This document shows, one piece after another, positions 55,867 to 64,000 of a stretch of DNA of 64,000 nt. Under the pieces are notes generated by a model, which worked only from the letters and a program-made list of their open reading frames with translations, did not search any database and was not told where the DNA came from. The position numbers and the translations under genes were made by a program. The stretch comes from Bdellovibrionales bacterium. Its GTDB lineage: Bacteria > Bdellovibrionota > Bdellovibrionia > Bdellovibrionales > JAGQZY01. The stretch covers positions 14,205 through 78,204 of the forward strand of contig JANOYW010000028.1 of NCBI GenBank assembly GCA_031429075.1, in the 5' to 3' direction. The first letter of the stretch is position 1; each line of letters opens with the position of its first letter.

Positions 55867-58800
55867 ATGAGAAATCATCTGCGCATGTCGTTTTTGAATT
55901 TTGATCAAAATTTGAACAAAGCTCTTGCTCTCAAGAACGCTCGCATAACCTCTGCGGATCAGTTATTTTCTGCTGCTTTTTTAATCAGCCAGTCGTCCCC
56001 TGCGGCGAATGCCGCACAGCATTTGGTTGTAACAAAAGATCTCACCAGCGCTCATAAGTTTTTAAATTATCTAGATTTTTTTTCTAACTATTCGGGTGAA
56101 AAAAAATACGAAACCGCTGTTTTACCTCCCCACGACATTTCTCCCTACTCGGGCCTTTACAGTTCTCGTGCCGGGATGCAGCAACGACTTCGATGGTTGT
56201 ATCTCGCATCACTTCCCCGCACCGCAACTGTTTTTGTGGCCCCCATCAAAGCCCTCGCGCAAATTACTTTGCCGCAGGAGCAGTTTTTAAACGCCATTCA
56301 ATTTTATAAAAAAGGCGATGTTTTGCCCGAAAACCTGGGTGGCTTGCTATCTTCGCTGGGCTACCTTTCTGTGCCGGCAGTGGAAGATCCTGGAACCTTT
56401 TCCTTGCGCGGTGGAATCGTGGATCTTTTTTCGCCAGCCCACAGGCTCCCCATACGTATCGAACTTTTTGGCGATGTGATCGAATCTTTGCGTTGGTTTT
56501 CTCCGCAAACACAGCTTTCAGTTTCCGAAACCTCTGAGTTTTCTTTGATCCCCGCCCATGAGATTCTTTTTTCCGACGACAGTATCCTTCGCTGTTGCAA
56601 AACTCTCGACGGCCAAAAGAGCGAAGCCGACATTCCATCTCTGCAATCACAGGTGCGCAATCAAACTTATTTTGATGGCATTGAGTTTCTGCTTTCCTAT
56701 TTTTACGAAAAACCTTCTCTCACTGCTGACTTTTTACCAAAAGAGCGACTCACCTGGATGCCGGATGCCCTGGCTTCAGATGCACAGCTCGTCAGTGATT
56801 TTAATCACCTCGTTGATGAATACAAACAGTACTCAACGCATATTCCAGCGCCCGACCGCATTTACGCCAAAAAAGAAGTGTTCGATACATCCCTTGTTCC
56901 ACCGATTCTCAGTTTAGAAACTTTGGATATGGGAGATAGCACAGATTCGGTTTTTGATTTTCCCTCGCGAACCATCACGCCCGCAAAATCCACCATCTAC
57001 CCAGAACGCGTTGATTTGTTGGCAAAAAAAATCGCGGAGATCAAGGCCACCCGCGGCCACGTATTTTTATGTGGCACTTCGGAAACGCAGTTTAAACGTT
57101 TAGCTCTTGCCTTCGAAGAGCACGCTTTACAATTGAAGTGGGTCCTCGAGCCCACGCCGTTGACTGTGATGCGGGAGGAACAGACTCAAAACAAAAAAAT
57201 TGTGCATTTTTTAAATCACCCACTGGACACAAGCTTTCATTCCCTAAGCGAGGCTTTAGCATTTATTGGTGTGGAACATTATTTAAAAAAATCCGAAGCC
57301 CGCAAAACGCAAATTAAAGCAGAAATCAGCAAAGCCGAAGCTTTAAGCTTTTCTGAATTGCGCGAAGGTGATCCGGTGGTGCACACCCAACACGGTGTCG
57401 CTCTCTATCTCGGTTTGAAAGTGATGAATATCGGTGGCATCGAAGCGGAATTTTTAGAATTAAAGTTTAAAGATAACGCCAAACTCTTTTTGCCAATCTA
57501 TCGCCTCAGCCAAGTACATAAATACGCTGGAGCAGGAAATAATTTTTTATTAGACAAACTCGGTGGCAAGCAGTGGGAAAAAACTAAAGCCAAAGTGCAA
57601 ACGCGCCTCCGCGAAGTGGCAAATGAGCTTGTACAGCTGTATGCAAAACGCATGGCACTCACGCGACCTACTTATGATGTAAACAATGCGGATTTCGCGC
57701 AATTTGAGGACAGCTTTCCCTACGAAGAAACCGTGGATCAAATTAAAGCTCTCGATGACATCAAGGCAGATTTTTCTCGCGAGCGCCCCATGGATCGACT
57801 GATCTGCGGTGATGTGGGCTTTGGAAAAACAGAAGTCGCCATGCGAGCGGCCTTTCTTGTTGCGTCGCAAAAGCAGCAGGTGGCGATCTTAGCACCCACA
57901 ACGATTTTAACCTTTCAGCATATGGAAACTTTTAAAAAACGCTTTGCTGGCTGGCCTTTGCAAATTGCCGTTCTCAATCGTTTTGTAAGTACCGCTGATG
58001 CACAAAAAGTTATCAAAGACTTAAAAGAGGGTCGTCTTGATATTTTAATTGGAACCCATCGACTGCTGAGCAATGACGTTCAGTTTTCAAACCTGGGTTT
58101 GTTGATTATCGATGAAGAACAAAAGTTTGGCGTTAAACACAAAGAAAAAATTCGCTACCTAAAAAATACAGTGGATACGCTAGCGATGTCCGCCACTCCC
58201 ATTCCTCGCACCCTCAACATGAGTCTTCTCGGGTTGCGTGATTTGAGTTTAATCAACACTCCTCCCCACGATCGACTGCCAACGCGCACTTTTGTTTCCA
58301 AATTTGATATGGCCGTGATTAAAAAAAGTGTCATGAGCGAAATCAAACGCGGAGGGCAGATCTTCTTTTTACACAACCGTGTGCAAAGCATCTATGCGCT
58401 GTCTGACGATCTAAGAGCGAATCTCCCAGGTGTACGCATGGCTGTGGCGCACGGTCAAATGGATGAGAATTCGCTCGAAAAAACCATCGTTGCTTTTTTT
58501 AATCGCGAGATCGACATGTTAGTATGCACAACGATTATCGAGTCAGGAATGGATATTCCAAACGCCAACACTATGTTTGTGGATCAAGCCCACGCTTTGG
58601 GTTTGAGTCAACTTTACCAACTGCGCGGTCGCGTGGGTCGCGGAAAGCAGCGGGCGTTTTGTTATCTTTTGATTCCGCGCAGTGGTGGCATCGACGATAT
58701 TGCAAAAGAGCGATTGCGAATTTTACAACAGAACTCGGCCCTCGGCAGTGGCATCCAAATTGCTCAGTATGATCTTGAGTTGCGAGGAGCTGGCACTCTC

Positions 58801-59343
58801 CTCGGCGAAGAGCAATCAGGCGCAGTGGATGCCGTGGGCTACGAACTTTATATGGATCTATTAGAAATGGCCATCAACGAGGCCAAGGGGCAACCCATTG
58901 AAGAGACGGTGGAGCCAGAAATAAATTTAAAGATGAAAGCTCTTATTCCACACGCTTATATGCCAGACATTCGTTTGCGATTGTCATACTACAAAGCGCT
59001 TTCCAACATTCAAACAGTGGATGAGATTGATCAAATTGAGGTGGCACTTCGTGATCAATTTGGGCAACCGCCGGATGAAGTTTTTAACTTGATGGGCCTT
59101 ATGATGATTCGCCTTTTGTGCAAAAAATTAGGAATCCGCGATGTTTCAAGCGGGATCAACACCATCAGCTTGATTTTTACCGAACTCACAAAACTTCCGC
59201 CCACAAAGGTGATCGAGCTCACTCAGTTGCCCAACAAAAAATACACGCTCACCCCCGACAGCCGCCTGCGAATTCGCATGAACGCTATTACATGGCAAAA
59301 CGTATATGCGGAATTGGAATTTCTCGAGAAGTATTGTCCTTAG
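55867..59343 (+). CDS. mfd: Transcription-repair coupling factor Mfd
   Basis: RNAP-interacting CarD-like GDPVVHTQHGVALY. SF2 helicase motifs CGDVGFGKTEVA, IIDEEQKFG, MSATPIPRTL, LYQLRGRVGRG. TRG motif region. Confidence 0.96.
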   Translation: MRNHLRMSFLNFDQNLNKALALKNARITSADQLFSAAFLISQSSPAANAAQHLVVTKDLTSAHKFLNYLDFFSNYSGEKKYETAVLPPHDISPYSGLYSSRAGMQQRLRWLYLASLPRTATVFVAPIKALAQITLPQEQFLNAIQFYKKGDVLPENLGGLLSSLGYLSVPAVEDPGTFSLRGGIVDLFSPAHRLPIRIELFGDVIESLRWFSPQTQLSVSETSEFSLIPAHEILFSDDSILRCCKTLDGQKSEADIPSLQSQVRNQTYFDGIEFLLSYFYEKPSLTADFLPKERLTWMPDALASDAQLVSDFNHLVDEYKQYSTHIPAPDRIYAKKEVFDTSLVPPILSLETLDMGDSTDSVFDFPSRTITPAKSTIYPERVDLLAKKIAEIKATRGHVFLCGTSETQFKRLALAFEEHALQLKWVLEPTPLTVMREEQTQNKKIVHFLNHPLDTSFHSLSEALAFIGVEHYLKKSEARKTQIKAEISKAEALSFSELREGDPVVHTQHGVALYLGLKVMNIGGIEAEFLELKFKDNAKLFLPIYRLSQVHKYAGAGNNFLLDKLGGKQWEKTKAKVQTRLREVANELVQLYAKRMALTRPTYDVNNADFAQFEDSFPYEETVDQIKALDDIKADFSRERPMDRLICGDVGFGKTEVAMRAAFLVASQKQQVAILAPTTILTFQHMETFKKRFAGWPLQIAVLNRFVSTADAQKVIKDLKEGRLDILIGTHRLLSNDVQFSNLGLLIIDEEQKFGVKHKEKIRYLKNTVDTLAMSATPIPRTLNMSLLGLRDLSLINTPPHDRLPTRTFVSKFDMAVIKKSVMSEIKRGGQIFFLHNRVQSIYALSDDLRANLPGVRMAVAHGQMDENSLEKTIVAFFNREIDMLVCTTIIESGMDIPNANTMFVDQAHALGLSQLYQLRGRVGRGKQRAFCYLLIPRSGGIDDIAKERLRILQQNSALGSGIQIAQYDLELRGAGTLLGEEQSGAVDAVGYELYMDLLEMAINEAKGQPIEETVEPEINLKMKALIPHAYMPDIRLRLSYYKALSNIQTVDEIDQIEVALRDQFGQPPDEVFNLMGLMMIRLLCKKLGIRDVSSGINTISLIFTELTKLPPTKVIELTQLPNKKYTLTPDSRLRIRMNAITWQNVYAELEFLEKYCP

Positions 59344-59357
59344 GTCCTTCGCTTCGC

Positions 59358-60278
59358 TCAGGATGATGTGTCACCGCTTGTCAGATATTCCTGCATTTTG
59401 GGATAAAAACAGGGAAGTGGTTTTTGTACGAGTTCGACGATTTCTTTTTCCTTGAGGCTGGCTGGACTTCGGGGGATTGGCAGATCAATGCACGAGAGAA
59501 AAAGTTGCGAAAACATGAGTTCGCAGGGGTTTTGCTTATTAAAGCGAGCCTTATATTGAGGCTCTAATTTATCACAGCTGGTTTGTATGGTGAGTCGGTG
59601 CTGATGTAAAATATCTTTAGCTGTGATTTTACGTTCGTCTTCGCTGAAAAAAGACTTACTAAATTGTGAACTCGTCGCTTTTTCTACGTCTCCCTTTTTT
59701 TGTAGAAGCCATTGCTTTATTTTTGGCTGCTTATAGTTTTCGAGTTTTGCCACTAGTTCGAAGATTTTTTTTTGGATATACTTTTTATTTTTTTCCTGCT
59801 GAGAAAGAAATTGTTTTTCCTCCTGTTCACAAACCTGCTTTACCTCTAATAGATTTCGTGCGCCGCTCGGCTGGAGTTTTGCACAAATCATATTTTCTCT
59901 TTTTAGCTGATCTTGCAAAACCACCAGAGTTTCTAGCCCAATCATTTGTGCGGAAGCTTCATCGTAAATTTTAGCGTTACGGTCCTGAGTGCCAGCCACG
60001 GAAACCATGTGACTGAGGGCAATATAGCTCGACGATGTTTCAATTTTTTCATTTTGTATATACTGTCGAACACACAAACTCATTCCCTTTTGGTTGTAAC
60101 CGGGGCAAAGAATTTCGGTTTTCTTTGCAAACAACGCGTCCATTCGCCTCTCGCCAGCAAGACGCTCTTTATCAACGTAAGTCGCCATGATCGAAACCGT
60201 GGAGGCATTTGCAAATAAAAGTAGAAAAATCCAGCAATACATCCCTACAATGCTAGCTCTTTTGCCCCAAAAGCTCAT
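59358..60278 (-). CDS. Hypothetical secreted/membrane-anchored protein
   Basis: N-terminal hydrophobic segment VGMYCWIFLLLFANAS. The rest is Lys/Gln/Glu-rich with several cysteines. No known motif. Confidence 0.4.
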   Translation of the reverse strand: MSFWGKRASIVGMYCWIFLLLFANASTVSIMATYVDKERLAGERRMDALFAKKTEILCPGYNQKGMSLCVRQYIQNEKIETSSSYIALSHMVSVAGTQDRNAKIYDEASAQMIGLETLVVLQDQLKRENMICAKLQPSGARNLLEVKQVCEQEEKQFLSQQEKNKKYIQKKIFELVAKLENYKQPKIKQWLLQKKGDVEKATSSQFSKSFFSEDERKITAKDILHQHRLTIQTSCDKLEPQYKARFNKQNPCELMFSQLFLSCIDLPIPRSPASLKEKEIVELVQKPLPCFYPKMQEYLTSGDTSS

Positions 60279-60382
60279 TCATCTTGCCTTATTTAAGGCC
60301 TTTAGTTGAGCGAGACTCAACCTTCGTGCTGTTTTGCCTTGGGTGACTTCGTCCTTACTCACTCTCTTGCTATCCTTAAGGG

Positions 60383-61954
60383 ATGCGACTTTTGCTTTCT
60401 CTTATGCTGCTTTTATCAATTCCGTCCTCCGAGGCTGTGGAAATCCAAAATTTGACCCTCGAACAAAAAGTGGGACAGATGTTTATTTTTGGGTTCGCTG
60501 GCACAAAGCTCAATAAAAACTTAAAAGCACACCTTCGCAAACACCAGCCAGGAGCAGTCATTGTTTTTGGCCGAAACATAAAAACTCTTTCACAAACATC
60601 CGATTTGAATTCCGAACTTCAAAAATTGACCTTGAGTTATTCTGAAGTGCCTCTCTTTGTTGCCATTGATCAAGAAGGTGGATCAGTTTCTCGTATTAAA
60701 ACATCTCCTGGCTTGCCAAGCGCTTACACTATCGGCAACACCAACGATACCGCCCTGTCGTTTCAAGCGGGTCGGGTGACGGGGCAAATTCTAAGACTTT
60801 TGGGCTTTAATATGAACCTCGCACCGGTTCTAGACGTCACGGACTCACAGTTGCATTCGTTCATTGCTTCGCGAAGTTTTTCCGAGTCGCCCCACAAAGT
60901 GAGCTCCATGGGAGTCGCTTTTGCTCAGGGTCTCGAAGAGAGCCAGATCATTCCTGTGGCAAAGCATTTTCCGGGTCACGGTTCCATTTCGTTGGATACA
61001 CACAGAACCACTCCTCACAGACAGATTTCCTATCAAACTTTATTGAATTCAGATCTGATACCTTTTAGCCAGTACGCCAGCTCCGAAATTTTGGGCGGAA
61101 TCATGGTGGCCCATATCTCCTATCCTCTCATCGATTCCTCACAGCTCCCGGCCACATATTCAAAACACCTGATCACGCAAGTCCTCACAGAAGAGCTAAA
61201 ATATAAGGGCCTCATTATGACAGACGACATAGAGATGGCGGGTGCTGCTGTCCTTCCTTTGGTGGAAGACCGTGCCATTGCAGCTATTCTTGCTGGGAAT
61301 GATCTTGTCATGCTGGCATGGTCCACAGAGTTACAAAACAAGGCCGTAGCCGCCGTTGTGAGTGCGGTAAAATCCGGTCAAATTCCAGAAGAACGCATCG
61401 ATCAAAGCGTGCAAAAAATCTTAAAATTTAAAAAATCCTATGCTTTATCCTCGCGGCGAACCTTAGCCAGTAAAGCCACGTTGAAGAATGATCTAAAAAA
61501 TATTCAATACAACAGTATTTACGACGATATCGTCTCGCGCTTTTTTAAATCTTTACCCGGGCTGGAAAAAACCGAGGCGGAATACGAAAACCTACACGTT
61601 GTAAGTTCATCGTCTAATTTTACAGATTCTTTCCGCAGATATATCAAAAATCAAAGCACAACGATTTCTGATAAAATAAAATCAATTCGCCAAATTAAAA
61701 CACCGACACTTTTTATTGTGCATGTTACAAATGCAAATCAGTTAAAAGATCTTTACGCCCTCAGTCCTGAGCAGAAAAAAAATATCGTCGTGGTGAGCTC
61801 TAATGCCAAGGCTCACTTTAAAGATAAATCCGGGTTTATGGATGTGGTTGAGGTGTTTTCGATTCATCCAAATCTAGGTGGATTCACCGCCGACGCCATC
61901 AATCGAACAGCGAGCACTGTTTCTCTCTATGAAGAGTCGGCGCTCACACGCTAG
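60383..61954 (+). CDS. Secreted glycoside hydrolase family 3 protein (NagZ-like beta-N-acetylhexosaminidase domain + unknown C-terminal domain)
   Basis: Signal peptide MRLLLSLMLLLSIPSSEA. GH3 motifs AIDQEGGSVSR, KHFPGHG, GLIMTDDIEM. Confidence 0.8.
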   Translation: MRLLLSLMLLLSIPSSEAVEIQNLTLEQKVGQMFIFGFAGTKLNKNLKAHLRKHQPGAVIVFGRNIKTLSQTSDLNSELQKLTLSYSEVPLFVAIDQEGGSVSRIKTSPGLPSAYTIGNTNDTALSFQAGRVTGQILRLLGFNMNLAPVLDVTDSQLHSFIASRSFSESPHKVSSMGVAFAQGLEESQIIPVAKHFPGHGSISLDTHRTTPHRQISYQTLLNSDLIPFSQYASSEILGGIMVAHISYPLIDSSQLPATYSKHLITQVLTEELKYKGLIMTDDIEMAGAAVLPLVEDRAIAAILAGNDLVMLAWSTELQNKAVAAVVSAVKSGQIPEERIDQSVQKILKFKKSYALSSRRTLASKATLKNDLKNIQYNSIYDDIVSRFFKSLPGLEKTEAEYENLHVVSSSSNFTDSFRRYIKNQSTTISDKIKSIRQIKTPTLFIVHVTNANQLKDLYALSPEQKKNIVVVSSNAKAHFKDKSGFMDVVEVFSIHPNLGGFTADAINRTASTVSLYEESALTR

Positions 61955-64000
61955 GGCTCAAGTCTTCGCAAACGAAATTCGTAATCCATGGCTGATGAGC
62001 GGAGAGTGTCGATAAGAAATCCACTTTCATCGAGGTTATTATAAATTCTTTCTAAGCGGCACGCATCGGCAGTGGAGCTCACATCCCGGTTAAAGGCATA
62101 ACGCATGACTTTTTCGGAGAAGCAAACCTTAGCGGCCGTTTGCTGTGAAAGACTTTGGCTGTAATCAACACCACCGTTTACGTTGGTATTTCCTTCGCTG
62201 ATGATAGCCGAAAGGTTCACTTGCGAATTAATCGGCACCGTTGTTTGAATAGTGTTGCTTGTTTGACTAAAAATCGGTTCTTGCGTGATGTACGAGCCGA
62301 ATGAGTTGTAGTTCGATAGCGCAAAACCCAACGGATTAATAAGGTTGTGGCATCCGATACAACTTGCACCGGATGTCTTTATTTGCACCTTGTCGCGCGT
62401 TGTAGAAACGTGGGGTGCTGGTGTATTATTAAAAATATCCAGGGCGTCCCCTGGTGGCTGCCCCAGCGTCATGCATAAAATTTCTTTTCGAATATGAATA
62501 CCGCGGATAATAGGGCTGGAGATTTCACTCCCAGAAACCAGAAGGGCTCCGCGCGTGAGTAAACCTGCACGTTGGCCGGCTAGAAAGCGCACAGCATTGC
62601 TTTCTGTAACAGACGCCGCTGCTGGTGTTGATTGCCCATACAAATTCATCAACCCCGAAGACCGAGCAAATGAAATATCCGATGTGAAGAGCCTTTGAAA
62701 ACTTCCTCGAGATCTTGCGGTATAGGAATAAAGCTCTTCTACTTCGTTGATCATATCTTGTCGCAACTGAGAATTAAACGTCACATTTGAAATAAGCGGG
62801 AATCGCTGGTTGGGTGTAAAATTTGGAGTGCTCTCCAGCTTCAACCAGTCATTCATGTACTCCCGCATGCTATCATCGAGTTTGGAAGATTGTGAAAGTG
62901 TATAATTCAAAACTTTCAAATATCCGTCCTCAGTGCTTAGGTCTTCACTTGCAGCAAAATTCCATAGAGCTTCGTCGGGCATCGTATTCCAAAAGCGGTA
63001 GCTCAAACGATTAATGATCGCAAAGGAACTCAACCAGTAAACGCTGGAGTTTTGATATTTTTGTCCGACTAAATTTTGATCCTCAGTTTGCGTTAAGAAG
63101 TGTGGCGAAACCAACAATCTAAAAAAGAGACGACTAAGTCCATCTTGAACTGAACCCGAAGTTCCTAATTCCGTTAATAGCGGCTCGGCTTCGTCAACGA
63201 CAAAACCCGTTTGCAGGCGAACATTCTGTTCGGGGGTGCGCAGTGGTCGTCGAAGGACGCGGCTTCCTAGGTTGTTAACAAGGCGACTACGGCAGGTTGC
63301 ACTTAATGAAGAAACTGTTGTACTCGTACAAGCGGCGGGCGAAAGATTAATAAAATAAGTCGCAACAGACTGCGTATGTCCAGAGTTTGTCGATATGGCT
63401 GTCGCTAAGCGATCCGCCACATCAAAAAATCCTTGGGCGTGGTCACCGCCGAAGATATTACTTTCTCTTTTAAAATACACTCCAACATCTGCAGGAAAGA
63501 AAACTCCACTCATGGCGTTATTTACTAGTGTCGTGGCTGTACTGCGGGTCAATGCTGGCGCCAAAAGATCTACTAGCGTATTGCGATACTGCCGCAGGCT
63601 TAAACGCTTGGAATCAGATTGTTTTATTTTTGTATAGTCGATTGCACTTTCATTACAGGTGTATGGAGATTTTTCGGACGACATCTCCAAAATCCAGGAA
63701 TATAAAACTTGATAATCGGCGTCAGAAATTTTCACTGAACCTTGAGGCATATTATTATTTGTGGCAATAGGATCGACAAAGTTTTTTAATCGGAAAATTA
63801 ATTTTGATCGATTGGGTGTGCCGGCAACGACCAACCCATTTCGTATAAATTCAGCGCCGTTTGCCAGGTTAAAGGATGCTGCTCCACCGCCTTCGCTGTG
63901 ACAGGATTTGCAATTCGTATCTAGTATTGTTTTAACTTTTCCAAAAAGTTCCTCTTCCACACTGAAACCTGAAGACGCTGAGGTCACACTTGAATGCATG
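61951..64000 (-). CDS. DUF1592/DUF1588-type protein with CxxCH heme-binding motifs, 5' end probably outside window
   Basis: CKSCH near the N-terminus and CIGCH near the C-terminus. Overall resemblance to the planctomycete-type DUF1592/1595/1588 family. No signal peptide after the ATG at 63999, so the true start is probably upstream of the window. Confidence 0.55.
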   Translation of the reverse strand, partial: MHSSVTSASSGFSVEEELFGKVKTILDTNCKSCHSEGGGAASFNLANGAEFIRNGLVVAGTPNRSKLIFRLKNFVDPIATNNNMPQGSVKISDADYQVLYSWILEMSSEKSPYTCNESAIDYTKIKQSDSKRLSLRQYRNTLVDLLAPALTRSTATTLVNNAMSGVFFPADVGVYFKRESNIFGGDHAQGFFDVADRLATAISTNSGHTQSVATYFINLSPAACTSTTVSSLSATCRSRLVNNLGSRVLRRPLRTPEQNVRLQTGFVVDEAEPLLTELGTSGSVQDGLSRLFFRLLVSPHFLTQTEDQNLVGQKYQNSSVYWLSSFAIINRLSYRFWNTMPDEALWNFAASEDLSTEDGYLKVLNYTLSQSSKLDDSMREYMNDWLKLESTPNFTPNQRFPLISNVTFNSQLRQDMINEVEELYSYTARSRGSFQRLFTSDISFARSSGLMNLYGQSTPAAASVTESNAVRFLAGQRAGLLTRGALLVSGSEISSPIIRGIHIRKEILCMTLGQPPGDALDIFNNTPAPHVSTTRDKVQIKTSGASCIGCHNLINPLGFALSNYNSFGSYITQEPIFSQTSNTIQTTVPINSQVNLSAIISEGNTNVNGGVDYSQSLSQQTAAKVCFSEKVMRYAFNRDVSSTADACRLERIYNNLDESGFLIDTLRSSAMDYEFRLRRLEP

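Overview
This is a densely packed 64-kb chromosomal window with about 55 protein genes and very short or negative intergenic spacers. I saw no rRNA, tRNA, CRISPR array, transposase, integrase or phage genes by eye. The content is mostly core housekeeping, in this order. First comes the 3' part of a Tad/Flp pilus operon (cpaC secretin, a fused tadZ-cpaF ATPase, tadB) followed by a secreted YD-repeat protein. Next are groES-groEL and an arginine/ornithine-succinyltransferase-type operon (class III aminotransferase, M20 deacylase, astA, astD) that runs into mltG. Then bamD, hpt, rimO, a lolA-like gene, comF and kup. Then the ribosome-associated operon rplU-rpmA-obg-nadD/rsfS-rlmH, tatB-like/tatC, and an M16 peptidase. 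Then hemW-grpE-J protein-LpoA-like lipoprotein-lon, a patatin-like lipase, a nuoA-H-J-K-L-M-N cluster (membrane arm only), mfd, a GH3 hydrolase and a DUF1592-like heme protein. The gene content, the many secreted hypothetical proteins, and a 64-aa histone-fold protein that resembles (from memory) Bdellovibrio bacteriovorus Bd0055/HBb suggest a Bdellovibrio-like predatory bacterium; this is inference, not a search result. The most notable items are: (1) a stand-alone bacterial histone gene next to an L21 gene with a lysine-rich H1-like tail; (2) a perfect 77-bp inverted repeat (204-bp element) that fills exactly the stop-to-stop gap between kup and rlmH; (3) gene fusions (tadZ-cpaF, nadD-rsfS); (4) a nuo cluster lacking all peripheral-arm genes; (5) a non-canonical AST-type operon; (6) a YD-repeat protein translationally coupled to the Tad operon. 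All calls come from reading the ORF translations and the nucleotides directly. No database search or folding program was available.
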